Part shown: positions 28,766 to 38,695 of the stretch, one piece after another
Position numbering within the stretch: the first letter of the stretch is position 1
Layout of the letters: every line of letters starts with the position of its first letter
Assembly: GCA_965227515.1 (NCBI GenBank)
Contig: CBDDFZ010000001.1
Coordinates: 736,001-800,000, forward strand
Length of the DNA stretch: 64,000 nt
From: Alphaproteobacteria bacterium
GTDB taxonomy: Bacteria; Pseudomonadota; Alphaproteobacteria; CALKHQ01
Reading direction: 5' to 3'
Notes under the pieces: generated by a model
Databases searched by the model: none
Told to the model about the DNA's origin: nothing
Seen by the model: the letters and a program-made list of their open reading frames with translations, nothing else
Translations under genes and position numbers: made by a program

Positions 28766-29944
28766 TCAGAACGGCAGGCCGATGTATTCATAGGCCATCA
28801 GCGCCTGCGCTTCTTCAGACATCAGCAGCACGTCATAGGTGTTCTGGCGGATCTTGCTGTCGAACGGGTCCTCGCCGGGGAACACGTGCAACAGCTTGGT
28901 CATGCGCCACGACAGGCTGGCCGATGCCCACACCCGCTTCAGGGCGGTCTGCGAGTAGCTCTCCAGATAGCTGTCGGACCCGGACTTGTAGTGCTCGATC
29001 AGCGCGCGCGACAGGTAGTAGACGTCGGAAAACGCGAGGTTCAGCCCCTTGGCCCCGGTCGGCGGCACGATGTGGGCGGCGTCGCCAGCGAGATACAGGC
29101 TGCCGTACTGCATCGGCTCGGCAACGAAGCTGCGCAACGGCGCGATCGACTTCTCGATCGATGGACCGGTCACGACCTCGCGCGCCAGGTCGGACGAGAA
29201 CCGGGACAGGAACTCCTCCCAGAACCGGTCGTCGGGCCAGTCGTCGATGCTGTCGCTCAGGTCGCACTGGATGTAATAGCGGCTGAGCATCGGATTGCGC
29301 TGCGAGGCGAGCGCGAACCCGCGGTCGTGATAGGCGTAGACGATCTCGCTGACCGGCGGCACCTCGGCCATGATGCCGAGCCAGCCGAAGGGGTACGCGC
29401 GCTCGTATGTGTTGAGCACGTCCGCCGGTATGGTCGTGCGGCTGATGCCGTGGAAGCCGTCGCAGCCGGCGATGTAGTCGCAGTCGAGCCTGTGCGCGAC
29501 GCCGTCATGGGCGTACGTCACGTACGGCGCACCCGTGGTCAGGTCGTGCAGGGCGACGTCCAGCGCCTCGTTGACCACGTTGCCGCCCTCACGGGCGCAG
29601 GTGTCGTAGAGGTCTTCGGTGATGACCGTCTGCCCGTACGCCATCATCGGCTTGCCGGTCCAGCGCACGGTGTCGATGAACATATCCGGCTTGTCCTGCC
29701 AGACGATGCCGCACCCGTTCTTTTCCTTGCCCTCGCGCGCCATCCGCTCGCCCAGGCCATAGTCGCGCAGCATCTGGATCGTGCCGGCTTCCAGCACGCC
29801 GGCGCGGATGCGGCCCAGCACGTACGCCTTGCTGCGCTGTTCCAGCACGACATTGTCTATGCCGCTGAGGTTGAGGATGTGGGACAGCATCAGCCCGGCG
29901 GGGCCGCCGCCGATAATGGCGACCTGCGTGCGGTTGTTGGCCAT
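28766..29944 (-). CDS. pobA: 4-hydroxybenzoate 3-monooxygenase
   Basis: 'TQVAIIGGGPAGL', 'RIRAGVLE', 'AGCDGFHG', 'YPFGWLG', 'AGDAAHIVPPTGAKGLNLA'. Confidence 0.95.
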   Translation of the reverse strand: MANNRTQVAIIGGGPAGLMLSHILNLSGIDNVVLEQRSKAYVLGRIRAGVLEAGTIQMLRDYGLGERMAREGKEKNGCGIVWQDKPDMFIDTVRWTGKPMMAYGQTVITEDLYDTCAREGGNVVNEALDVALHDLTTGAPYVTYAHDGVAHRLDCDYIAGCDGFHGISRTTIPADVLNTYERAYPFGWLGIMAEVPPVSEIVYAYHDRGFALASQRNPMLSRYYIQCDLSDSIDDWPDDRFWEEFLSRFSSDLAREVVTGPSIEKSIAPLRSFVAEPMQYGSLYLAGDAAHIVPPTGAKGLNLAFSDVYYLSRALIEHYKSGSDSYLESYSQTALKRVWASASLSWRMTKLLHVFPGEDPFDSKIRQNTYDVLLMSEEAQALMAYEYIGLPF

Positions 29945-29950
29945 ATTCCG

Positions 29951-30373
29951 TCAACCTTCCCCGGATCGGTCCCGCCCTATCGCGGCCAGTAGCGCCATGA
30001 CCCTGCGGCGGTTTGCTCCCAGATCCGAATAGCCGACCCGCGATGCGCTGTAGATGGCAAGCGTTGCCCTGTCGGCGCCGAGCGGGATGATGTCGACGAG
30101 CACGTCATCGACAAAGCGAAAGATACGCGAGGTCTGGGTGAAACGGAACTGCCGGGTGTCCTCCGCGACGATCTGCGTACGCCCCAGCCCGGCGATGGCA
30201 TCGCGCACGCGTTGGCGCAGGGTTTCTGCGGGGCAGGCATAGGTAGGCGCCGCCGCATCCGGCGGGCGGTTGGCATAGTTTTCGGGGCAGACGAGATAAT
30301 GGTTCGGCGAGGTGCGCTGGGGCAGGTCTTGGAAGTCATAGCTGGGCACGCTTGTCATGCCGCTACGGGCCAC
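29951..30373 (-). CDS. DUF1499 family protein
   Basis: 'SPNHYLVCP', 'FRFVDDV', 'SASRVGYSDLGANRRR'. Confidence 0.8.
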   Translation of the reverse strand: MARSGMTSVPSYDFQDLPQRTSPNHYLVCPENYANRPPDAAAPTYACPAETLRQRVRDAIAGLGRTQIVAEDTRQFRFTQTSRIFRFVDDVLVDIIPLGADRATLAIYSASRVGYSDLGANRRRVMALLAAIGRDRSGEG

Positions 30374-31358
30374 GGCCCTGAATCAGCGGGGCCGGGTCGT
30401 CGATCATGATGGTCTGGCGGCGTACCGGCAGGAAGCCGGCGCGCTGATACATGCCGAGCGCGCGCGGGTGGTCCATGTCGCAGGTGTTGATGGTGACCTT
30501 GGCGGTATCGCCGTCCCAGGCCCGGCGCACCGCCCAGTCGATGATGTAGCGGCCGAGGCCACGGCCGATGAACTCCTCCACCAGCCCCAGGAACTGGATG
30601 TTCGGGGTGGCGGTGCGGCGGCGGTCGATCTCGACGAAGCCGCCAGGCACGCCCTGTACGTAGAGGACGTAAATCTCCACCCCCGGGTCGTGGATGATGC
30701 GGCGCAACTGCGCGTCCGACATCACCCGGCGTTGCCACCACATCCAGCGCGCGCCGACGGTCTCGTACAGGTAGCGGTAGAACGAGACGGTGGGCTCGTG
30801 GGCGCGCAACAGCGCCATTTGCAGGGCCGGTGGCGGCGGATGGGCCGGGCCGGGATGTGCCGTCATCTCCAGGTAGGTGATCGTCACCTCGCGCTGTGCC
30901 TTCGGCGCGTCGGCCGGATCGTTGCCCAGCCAGCGCTGCCACAGCATGTTGGGGCTCAGCTGGTAGCCCAGGTTCTGGTAGAAGCCAGCGACCGCGGCAT
31001 TGGTGTCGCGGATGAACAGGTGCATCTTCGGCAGACCCTTGGCGGTTGCCCATTCCTCCGCCGCCTGCACCAGCCGCCGGCCATAGCCGCGGCCCTGCCT
31101 GTCCGGCGCCACCGCCAGATAGTACATATATGCGCGGTGAGCATCGTGGCCGACCAGGACGCTGCCGACGGGCGGTCCGTCCTCGGTTTCCCGCGCCACC
31201 AGCACGACGCCGTGGCCGGTGGAGCGCGCCAGGTCCAGGTCGGCGTCGGGATCGTTCCACGGCCTGGTCAGGCCAACCGCGCGCCACAACGCGGTGACGG
31301 CCTCGCGGTCGGCCTCGGCGAACGCACGGACGGTCAGACGCGCCGGCAGCACGGTCAT
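30363..31358 (-). CDS. Tandem GNAT acetyltransferase (two GNAT domains)
   Basis: Domain 1 'YYLAVAPDRQGRGYG'; domain 2 'ITYLEM...FYRYLY...FIGRGLG...DHPRALGMYQRAGF'. Confidence 0.8.
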   Translation of the reverse strand: MTVLPARLTVRAFAEADREAVTALWRAVGLTRPWNDPDADLDLARSTGHGVVLVARETEDGPPVGSVLVGHDAHRAYMYYLAVAPDRQGRGYGRRLVQAAEEWATAKGLPKMHLFIRDTNAAVAGFYQNLGYQLSPNMLWQRWLGNDPADAPKAQREVTITYLEMTAHPGPAHPPPPALQMALLRAHEPTVSFYRYLYETVGARWMWWQRRVMSDAQLRRIIHDPGVEIYVLYVQGVPGGFVEIDRRRTATPNIQFLGLVEEFIGRGLGRYIIDWAVRRAWDGDTAKVTINTCDMDHPRALGMYQRAGFLPVRRQTIMIDDPAPLIQGRGP

Positions 31359-31378
31359 CGGCGGCAGCTCCCGGTTCG

Positions 31379-32236
31379 CTAGGTCTCGACCGGCGTGTCG
31401 CCGGGGCGGCCCCATTCGGCCCACGAACCGTCATAGACCGCGGCGTTCGGCTGGCCGACCAGATAGGCGCCCAGCGCCAGAACGCAGGCGGTGATGCCGG
31501 AGCCGCAGCTGCACGTGATCGGCCGGTCTAGGTCGACGTCGGCGGCAGCGAACCGGGCGCGGATGGCATCGGCATCCACCACGGTCTTGTCGTCGGGGTC
31601 GATCAGGTCGACGAACGGCAGGTTGCGGCTGCCCGGAATATGCCCCGACCGGCGGCCGGGCCAGATCTCCGGTGCCGTGCCGCCGAAGCGCCCGGCGTCG
31701 CGCGCGTCCACGATGGTCTCGGGCGCGCTGCCCATCAGCGCGTGCACATCTTCGATCGCGGCAACCAGCTCGGGCCGGAAGCGCGGCGTCAACGTGCGCA
31801 CGGCGGCCAATGCGGTGCCGGACTCCGTCTGCCGGCCCTCGGCGAGCCAGCGCGGCAGGCCGCCGTTCAGCACCGCCACCTTGTCGTGCCCGAACACCCG
31901 CAGCATCCACCAGGCGCGCGCCGCCGACATCAGCCCATGGGTGTCGTAGACCACGACCTGGCTGTCGTTGCCGATCCCCAGCGCGCCGACCGCGTTCGCG
32001 AAGCGCTCGGGCGACGGCAGCATGTGCGGCAGGTCGCGGTCGGTGTCGGCGATGCCGTCGATATCGAAGAACCGCGCGCCCGGGATGTGGGCGTCGGCGA
32101 ACTCGGCGCGCGGGTCGCGGTTGGCGTGGGGCAGGTGGTAGGTGGCGTCCAGCACCACCAGGCCCGGGTCGGCAAGCTGGGTTTCCAGCCAGTCGGTTTC
32201 CACCAGCGCGTCGGGATTCGCGTAGCCGCCGGACAT
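31379..32236 (-). CDS. sseA: 3-mercaptopyruvate sulfurtransferase / rhodanese
   Basis: 'HIPGARFFDID', 'ARAWWML', 'CSCGSGITAC', 'YDGSWAEWG'. Confidence 0.92.
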   Translation of the reverse strand: MSGGYANPDALVETDWLETQLADPGLVVLDATYHLPHANRDPRAEFADAHIPGARFFDIDGIADTDRDLPHMLPSPERFANAVGALGIGNDSQVVVYDTHGLMSAARAWWMLRVFGHDKVAVLNGGLPRWLAEGRQTESGTALAAVRTLTPRFRPELVAAIEDVHALMGSAPETIVDARDAGRFGGTAPEIWPGRRSGHIPGSRNLPFVDLIDPDDKTVVDADAIRARFAAADVDLDRPITCSCGSGITACVLALGAYLVGQPNAAVYDGSWAEWGRPGDTPVET

Positions 32237-32241
32237 CGCGC

Positions 32242-32955
32242 TCAATCCACCAACTCGAGAGACACGCGGCGGTTCTGCTTGCCCTTGCTCTGGATCTTGA
32301 CCACCTCGACCTTGCCGATCTCGCCGGTGTGCGCGACATGGGTGCCGCCGCACGGCTGCAGGTCGCGGCCGACGACCCGGATCAGCCGCACCTTGCCGCT
32401 GCCGCTGGGCGGCTTCACCGCCATGGTCTTGACCAGTTCGGGCTGGGCGGCCAGCTCCTCGTCGCTGATCCACTCCATTTCCACCGGATCGTCGGCGTCG
32501 ATCAGGCGATTGAGCTCGTCGGTCAGCGCCGCCTTGTCCGGCGGTGCCTCGTTCATGTCGAAGTCCAGCCGCCCGCGCCCGTCGCCGACCTGGCCGCCGG
32601 TAACCGGATAGGTCAGCACCGCCGACAGCAGGTGCAGGCAGGTGTGCATGCGCATGTGGCGGTGGCGGCGGTCCCAGTCGATCTCCGCGGTCACCGTGGC
32701 GCCGACGGCCGGCGGCGTCTCGCCCTCGGCCGGCACGTGGACCACCTCGTCCGGCGTGTCGCCCTTCACCGCGGTCGCGATGGCCACCGCGCTGCCGTCG
32801 GCCAGCCGCAGCACGCCGCTGTCGCCCGGCTGCCCACCGCCGGTGGCGTAGAACACGGTGCGATCGAGCACGATGCCGCCACGGTCGTTCACGGCCGTCA
32901 CCACGGCGTCGCACGATTTCAGATAGGGCTGGTCGCGAAACAGGGCCTCGGTCAT
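32242..32955 (-). CDS. alaX: Free-standing alanyl-tRNA editing protein (AlaX)
   Basis: 'TVFYATGGGQPGDSG', HxxxH 'MHTCLHLL', CxxxH 'QPCGGTHV'. Confidence 0.9.
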   Translation of the reverse strand: MTEALFRDQPYLKSCDAVVTAVNDRGGIVLDRTVFYATGGGQPGDSGVLRLADGSAVAIATAVKGDTPDEVVHVPAEGETPPAVGATVTAEIDWDRRHRHMRMHTCLHLLSAVLTYPVTGGQVGDGRGRLDFDMNEAPPDKAALTDELNRLIDADDPVEMEWISDEELAAQPELVKTMAVKPPSGSGKVRLIRVVGRDLQPCGGTHVAHTGEIGKVEVVKIQSKGKQNRRVSLELVD

Positions 32956-32989
32956 GGGCGTTTCCGGAGCCTCATTTGGGCGTTGGGGG

Positions 32990-33994
32990 TCATGCATCCA
33001 TCCACGGTGGCGTCGGCAGGTCTTTGGAGCGCAGGAATTCCGGGTTGAACAGCCGCGACATGTACCGCGATCCGGAATCGCACAGCACGGTCACGATGGT
33101 GTGGCCGGGGCCGAGCTGCTTGGCCAACCTGATGGCGCCGGCGACATTGATGCCGCTTGACCCGCCCAGGCACAAGCCCTCATCGGTCAGCAGGTCGAAC
33201 GTGGTCTGCACGATCTCGGTATCTGGAATGCGGAAGGCCTCGTCGATGACGATCCCTTCCAGGTTGGCGGTGACGCGGCCCTGGCCAATGCCCTCGGTGA
33301 TCGACGAGCCCTCGGCCTTCAACTCGCCGGTCTTGACCCAGCTATAGATCGCCGCGCCGTGCGGATCGGCCAGGGTGATCTTCACCTCCGGCTTCTTCTC
33401 CTTCAGGAATGCGCTGACCCCGGCCAGCGTGCCGCCGGTGCCGACCGCGCTGACGAAGGCGTCGACCTTGCCGTCGGTCTGCTCCCAGATCTCGGGCCCG
33501 GTGGTGCGATAGTGGCCGAACCGGTTGGCGGTGTTGTCGAACTGGTTGGCCCAGAACGCGCCGTTGGGCTCGGTCACCGCGAGTTCGGCCGCCAGCCGGC
33601 CGGAGACCTTCACGTAGTTGTTGGGGTCGCGATAGGGCACGGCCGGCACCTCGCGCAGGTCCGCGCCGCACATCCGAAGCGTGTCCTTCTTCTCGTCGCT
33701 CTGGGTGTCCGGGATGACGATGACGGAGCGCATGCCGAGCGCCTGGCCGACCAGGGCGAGCCCGATGCCGGTGTTGCCGGCGGTGCCTTCCACGATGGTG
33801 CCGCCCGGCTTGACCAGGCCCATATCGAGGGCGTCCTGCACGATGGCGAGTGCCGCGCGGTCCTTCACCGATCCGCCGGGGTTCATGAACTCCGCCTTGC
33901 CCAATATCTCGCAGCCGGTCTCTTCCGATGCTTTGCGCAGGCGGATCAGGGGCGTGTTGCCGATGGTCTCCAGGAGGCCGTTCTTGATGTTCAT
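32990..33994 (-). CDS. cysK: Cysteine synthase A
   Basis: 'IGNTPLIRL', PLP lysine 'NPGGSVKDR', 'EGTAGNTGIG', 'GTGGT'. Confidence 0.93.
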   Translation of the reverse strand: MNIKNGLLETIGNTPLIRLRKASEETGCEILGKAEFMNPGGSVKDRAALAIVQDALDMGLVKPGGTIVEGTAGNTGIGLALVGQALGMRSVIVIPDTQSDEKKDTLRMCGADLREVPAVPYRDPNNYVKVSGRLAAELAVTEPNGAFWANQFDNTANRFGHYRTTGPEIWEQTDGKVDAFVSAVGTGGTLAGVSAFLKEKKPEVKITLADPHGAAIYSWVKTGELKAEGSSITEGIGQGRVTANLEGIVIDEAFRIPDTEIVQTTFDLLTDEGLCLGGSSGINVAGAIRLAKQLGPGHTIVTVLCDSGSRYMSRLFNPEFLRSKDLPTPPWMDA

Positions 33995-34001
33995 GATGTC
34001 G

Positions 34002-34613
34002 TTATCCGTCGGTATCGGCCCAGGCGTCCCGGACCTCGTCGTGATGCAGCATCAGCCATTGCAGGGCGATGATCGCCAGCGCGTTGCTGATCTCGCCCCG
34101 CTCCAGCATGGCCACCGCTTCGGCGAACGGCACCACGAACGCGCGTATGTCTTCGTGCTCGTGGGGCAGGCCATGGATGCCGGCCACGCCGTCGCTGTTG
34201 ATGTGGGCGACGTAGCAGACGACGACCTCGTTGGTGCCGCCCGGGCTGGAGAGATATTGCGTGATCCGCCGTATGGCCAGCGGCGCCCGGCCGATTTCCT
34301 CGACGCACTCGCGCCGCGCCACGCTGTCGTAGTCCTCGCCGTCCTCCACCAGGCCGGCAACCACCTCGATCTGCCAGGCCGGCAGGTCCGTCAGGTGGGC
34401 GCCCAGCCGGAACTGCTCGATCAGCACCACCGTGTCGCTCACCGGATCGTAGGGCAGCACCGCCACCGCCGGTCGGCGGATGAACATCTCCCGCTCCATG
34501 ATGTCGGTCCAGCCGCCACGGAACAGCTTGTGGCGCAGCTTCATCACGTCCATGCGGAAGAACCGCCGATAGGGCGTTTCGCGCTCGAGAATCTCGACGT
34601 CGGAGGAGTCCAT
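34002..34613 (-). CDS. nudF: ADP-ribose pyrophosphatase (Nudix)
   Basis: Nudix box 'AGLVEDGEDYDSVARRECVEEIG', 'SPGG', 'EHEDI', 'IIALQWL'. Confidence 0.9.
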   Translation of the reverse strand: MDSSDVEILERETPYRRFFRMDVMKLRHKLFRGGWTDIMEREMFIRRPAVAVLPYDPVSDTVVLIEQFRLGAHLTDLPAWQIEVVAGLVEDGEDYDSVARRECVEEIGRAPLAIRRITQYLSSPGGTNEVVVCYVAHINSDGVAGIHGLPHEHEDIRAFVVPFAEAVAMLERGEISNALAIIALQWLMLHHDEVRDAWADTDG

Positions 34614-34872
34614 GGCGGCCGATTGTCAGAACAAGATGGCGGCCATGGATAGACCGCGACGGGGCCGAGCGCAATGCGCCTCGGCTCGCCCGCCGGTCTC
34701 AGGTGCGGTCACAAGAAGTCCATGCGGCAACCGGTCACCCTCCCCGACGAATATTTGAGTGCTCATATGGTGTTAAGACGAGCGACCAGGTGAAGGTGGC
34801 ACGGCTTGAGGATCGCCCGTGTAATCGCGGGCGGTGGGCATGTGTGCTTTCTAAAGAAGAACGAGGCTGTCG

Positions 34873-35484
34873 ATGACAAGACTTGCAATCGGATGCCTGT
34901 TGGCATCGTGCGTGCTGATCGCGGGTTGCGCGCAACGCGTGGCGCCGACCACCGACGACGGTGTGGAGCCACCGGATAACGAGGCCGAGCTGGCGGTGGT
35001 GCCGGCGTCCACGTCGGCGCCGTCGGTGGTGGTTTCCGACGATCCGCCACGTGAGTTGCGGTTCACGTCGCAGTTGTCCTCCAGCCAACGCGCCGTCATC
35101 CGTTCCGAACTGGCCGAGATGACCGGATTGAACGCGGCCTTGTCCGGGGCGACGGCGGTGGACATCGACCTGAACGCGGACGGCACCAACGAGGTGCTGG
35201 TGATGATCAAGAACAATGCCTGGTGCGGGTCCGGCGATGTTTGCAACATCTGGTTGTTCGGCCAAACTGCGGACGGGTGGCGCCAGCTTGGCAGCGGCCG
35301 GGACGCGGGCTCGTGTGTCTCCGTGTTGCCGACGGCCACCAACGGCTACCGGGACCTGCGGTTGCACGGCCAATGTGCGGTCGAGATGTGCACGTTCGAC
35401 CTGCGCTATGACGGCAACCAGTACCAGTGGGACGGCAACAGCGACTGCGAAGAAATACCGGAACTGATCTTGAGACAGCCGTAA
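34873..35484 (+). CDS. Hypothetical Cys-rich lipoprotein
   Basis: Lipobox 'LIAGC'; 'DLNADGTNE' DxDxDG-like loop followed by 'WCGSGDVC'. Confidence 0.65.
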   Translation: MTRLAIGCLLASCVLIAGCAQRVAPTTDDGVEPPDNEAELAVVPASTSAPSVVVSDDPPRELRFTSQLSSSQRAVIRSELAEMTGLNAALSGATAVDIDLNADGTNEVLVMIKNNAWCGSGDVCNIWLFGQTADGWRQLGSGRDAGSCVSVLPTATNGYRDLRLHGQCAVEMCTFDLRYDGNQYQWDGNSDCEEIPELILRQP

Positions 35485-35692
35485 CGTGCCAGGCAGGTGT
35501 GTCGCGGCGACCGGGCCGAACCGCCATGCGCGGCTCGGCCCGGCTTTGTTGCGCAACATTCGCGCGCTGGCACAAACATTACAGTCGAGATAGCATTCGC
35601 GCGCTCGCCGGTTCGGCGGGCGGTTCGATGTCATCACAAAACGACGGCTGCCGCGGTCCGGGTGGCCTGGTTCCGTCTTGGGGAGGTGCGCG

Positions 35693-36433
35693 ATGCCGAC
35701 GATGAATATCTACATGCTGGTCACCGACGGAATTCTCATGGGGAACGAGAGTAAGAGAGTGGCCGACGTCTTCGCCGGTTTCGCAGGTTTCGTGGGCCTC
35801 CAACGCACTAACGCGCCTGCGGCGGACCTCAATGTTTTTATGGCGACAGAATTTTATTATGGCGCGAACGCACGTCCTAAGGCGGACCGCAAGAAGGTCG
35901 AAAAACTGGCTCGAACTCTTTCACGCGGACACGGCAACAGCCTTGTTTTTCCAGGGACTATTATACAAGAAAAGGGCGACGGTATTAAGAACAGGTTGCC
36001 GATCTACTTCAACGGCAACGAAGTATTATTGCATTCCAAACGAAGCTGGGGCGGGTCCCGCACGGCGGACGGCTCGAGCGGTGGCGCCGCCTTCATTGCC
36101 GGCGAAAAGGATCCCACATTCACTATCACTGTTGCCGGCACCCAGTACACCTGCGGGGTCGAAATCTGCATGGACCACCAGGCCGGCGATCTCGCTGGCT
36201 ATCTGGCGCAGGCGGGTGCGGCGGTCGATCTTCATTTCATCGTGGGCAACACGGTGGGCGCCGACCAGAACAACCTGTGCGGCACAACTCTCTCTGTGCT
36301 GTGTAACGCCAACATGGGCATAGCTGCCGGTATGCTAGCGCTGGGCAGCCGGGTTTTTGACAACGCCGGAACAGAGGTGGCGCATGCTACCCAGACGATG
36401 CACGAAAAGTCGTGGACCGGCTTGGTTTTTTGA
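35693..36433 (+). CDS. Divergent carbon-nitrogen hydrolase (nitrilase superfamily) protein
   Basis: Candidate Glu-Lys-Cys triad: 'VFMATEFY', 'LLHSKR', 'GVEICMDH'; RBS GGAGG. Confidence 0.6.
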   Translation: MPTMNIYMLVTDGILMGNESKRVADVFAGFAGFVGLQRTNAPAADLNVFMATEFYYGANARPKADRKKVEKLARTLSRGHGNSLVFPGTIIQEKGDGIKNRLPIYFNGNEVLLHSKRSWGGSRTADGSSGGAAFIAGEKDPTFTITVAGTQYTCGVEICMDHQAGDLAGYLAQAGAAVDLHFIVGNTVGADQNNLCGTTLSVLCNANMGIAAGMLALGSRVFDNAGTEVAHATQTMHEKSWTGLVF

Positions 36434-36476
36434 TCCCCGTGCCACGGCACTCCCAGGTCGCGACCTTCCCATTCCG

Positions 36477-36509
36477 CAATTCGGGCCACAATTCGGGCCA
36501 CAATTCGGG
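36477..36509. repeat. 12-bp tandem repeat CAATTCGGGCCA x2.75
   Basis: Directly visible tandem duplication. Confidence 0.9.
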
Positions 36510-36512
36510 TAT

Positions 36513-36641
36513 GCCGGCACCGCCGCCGGGCCACCCAGATAGGATACTACCGTTGGGCGGCCGGGCGCCAAAAGGGAGCGCGGATGCGCGCCCGCACGGA
36601 AATGGGTGTGGGCCGGCGCAGATAAGCCGAAAGTTGCTCTA
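36513..36641. repeat. TAGAGC...GATCTA MITE-like element, copy 3 (partly inverted, degenerate)
   Basis: 36526-36606 closely matches the reverse complement of ~5334-5413; ends in GCTCTA. Confidence 0.7.
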
Positions 36642-37421
36642 AGCCGCCGACAGCTCCTGCTCCAGTTCGGCGATCTCCGCGCCGCCGGCCATCAGCGTCC
36701 TGATCTCGTCGGAGTCCAGCTCGTCGGTGGTGCCGCTGCCGATCACCCGGCCGCGGCTCAGGAACGTGAACCGGTCGGCGATCAGCTTGGCGTGCAGGTC
36801 GTTGTGGGTGATCAGGATGATGGCGATGTTGCCCAGCCCCTGCACCCGCTTGATCATGCGCAGCACCTCCATCTGCTGCTTCTGGCCCAGGGCCGAGGTC
36901 GGCTCGTCCAGGATCAGCACGTTGGCGCCGAAGTAGATCGCGCGCGCGATCGCCAGGGTCTGGCGCTGGCCGCCGGACATGGTGCCGATGGGCTGGTTCG
37001 GATCGGCAACGTCGATGCCGAGCTTGCCCATTTCCTCGCGCGCGATGCGTTCCATCCGCGGCACGTCCAGGAACTTGAACGGTCCCGCCCCTCTCCTGAA
37101 CTCGCGCCCCATGAAGAAGTTGCGGGTGACCGACATCAGCGGCACCAGCGCCAAGTCCTGGTAGACGGTGCCGATGCCGGCGTTGGCGGCGGCGCGCGGC
37201 GAGCCGAAGTGCACCGCCCTGCCGTCGATCAGGATTTGGCCTTCGGTCGGCTGGTGCACGCCGGACAGCGTCTTGATCAGGGTCGACTTGCCGGCGCCGT
37301 TGTCCCCGAGCAGGGCGTGCACCTCGCCCCGATAGGCGGTGAGCGTGACGTCGGCCAGTGCGATGATATTGCCGAAGCGCTTGCCGACGTTGCGCACTTC
37401 GATCAGCGGTGTATCGGCCAT
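36639..37421 (-). CDS. Sugar ABC transporter ATP-binding protein
   Basis: 'GDNGAGKST', 'MSGGQRQ', 'ILDEPT'. Confidence 0.95.
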   Translation of the reverse strand: MADTPLIEVRNVGKRFGNIIALADVTLTAYRGEVHALLGDNGAGKSTLIKTLSGVHQPTEGQILIDGRAVHFGSPRAAANAGIGTVYQDLALVPLMSVTRNFFMGREFRRGAGPFKFLDVPRMERIAREEMGKLGIDVADPNQPIGTMSGGQRQTLAIARAIYFGANVLILDEPTSALGQKQQMEVLRMIKRVQGLGNIAIILITHNDLHAKLIADRFTFLSRGRVIGSGTTDELDSDEIRTLMAGGAEIAELEQELSAA

Positions 37422-37424
37422 GGC

Positions 37425-38528
37425 TCAGCTCCCGCCCGTCATGCGTCTGCGGATATAGGTATTGAAGGCGACCGCCAGCAGCAGGATGCCGCCCAGGAAC
37501 ACGCGGTACCAGTCGCCGTCGATGGTGGTGTAGTTGAAGCCCAGATTGACCATGCCGTAGATCAGCGCGCCCAGGCAGGCCCCGATGATGTTGCCGTAGC
37601 CGCCGGTCAGCAACGCGCCGCCGATGACCGACGCGGCGATGGCCTCCAGCTCCTTCAGATTGCCGCGCGCGGCATCGACCGCGCCACCCTGGAACAGCAG
37701 GATCGCGCCCATGATGGTGGCGCAGAGCGCGGTGATCATGAACAGCGAGATCTTGACCGCGTTCACCGGCACGCCGACCGAGCGCGCGGCCTCCGGGCTG
37801 CCGCCGGCGGCATAGATCCAGTTGCCGGGCCGCGTGCGCGACAGCACGATGTGGGCGATCACGGCCAGCACCAGCAGCCAGACGATCGACATCGGCACGC
37901 CGACATCGATGATGATCTCGTTGTCGCCGCGCATGAACGAGGATTCGAAGGTGAACAGGTCGCCGCCGAAGAACCAGGCGATCGAGTAGATCTCCTCGCT
38001 CATGCCGGAGAAGCCTTCGACCTGGGTGTCGCCGTGAATCCAGCGCATCGAGACCAGCATCGCGCCCCGCAGCAGGAACAGAAACGCCAACGACACAATG
38101 AACGATGGCAGGCGGGTCGCCACCACGATCAGGCCGATGATGGCGCCGATGCCCATCGCCATCACGATCGTGATCAAGAGCGCGAGCCAGACCGGCAGTT
38201 CGGCCTCATGGATCAGCATGCCGAGAATGGCGCTGGAGAACCCGATCATCGAGCCCAGCGACAAGTCGAACTCGCCGCCGATCATCAACAGGCAGGCGCC
38301 GATGGCGATAATGCCGAGCAGTGCGCACACGTTCAGCCAGTTGAACAGGCCCTGGGGCGAGAACATCTGCGCGCTGGCGGCAAACGAGAAGAATATCAGC
38401 AGTACGACGAAGCCTGAGATGGCGCCCAGTTCGGGCCGCGCCATCAGGCGCGTGATAAACGACTGGGTGTAGATCCGCTCGTCGACGTCGGGTTTGGGCG
38501 ACGCGTCGGCTTGTGTTTCGGCGGTCAT
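37425..38528 (-). CDS. Sugar ABC transporter permease (RbsC-like)
   Basis: 'GGEFDLSLGS', 'IYAAGGSPEAARSVGV', 'ELEAIAASVIGG'. Confidence 0.93.
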   Translation of the reverse strand: MTAETQADASPKPDVDERIYTQSFITRLMARPELGAISGFVVLLIFFSFAASAQMFSPQGLFNWLNVCALLGIIAIGACLLMIGGEFDLSLGSMIGFSSAILGMLIHEAELPVWLALLITIVMAMGIGAIIGLIVVATRLPSFIVSLAFLFLLRGAMLVSMRWIHGDTQVEGFSGMSEEIYSIAWFFGGDLFTFESSFMRGDNEIIIDVGVPMSIVWLLVLAVIAHIVLSRTRPGNWIYAAGGSPEAARSVGVPVNAVKISLFMITALCATIMGAILLFQGGAVDAARGNLKELEAIAASVIGGALLTGGYGNIIGACLGALIYGMVNLGFNYTTIDGDWYRVFLGGILLLAVAFNTYIRRRMTGGS

Positions 38529-38695
38529 GGCAGCTTACCCGCAGCGTATCGGGTGGACGGACCCTCATGGTGCGCGGACGGCGATGTCTTGCGCACGGTC
38601 CGGATACGGCAGGGGCGGCACCGCGATACGGCACCGCCCCCGACGCAACTAATGCAACCTTGGCACGGCCCTGAGATCGGGCCGCATCCGGGCGG

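Noticed and set aside
36477-36509. Short tandem repeats (also 59806-59855) as CRISPR arrays
   Set aside because: Units are 12 and 17 bp, directly adjacent without spacers; no cas genes in the window.
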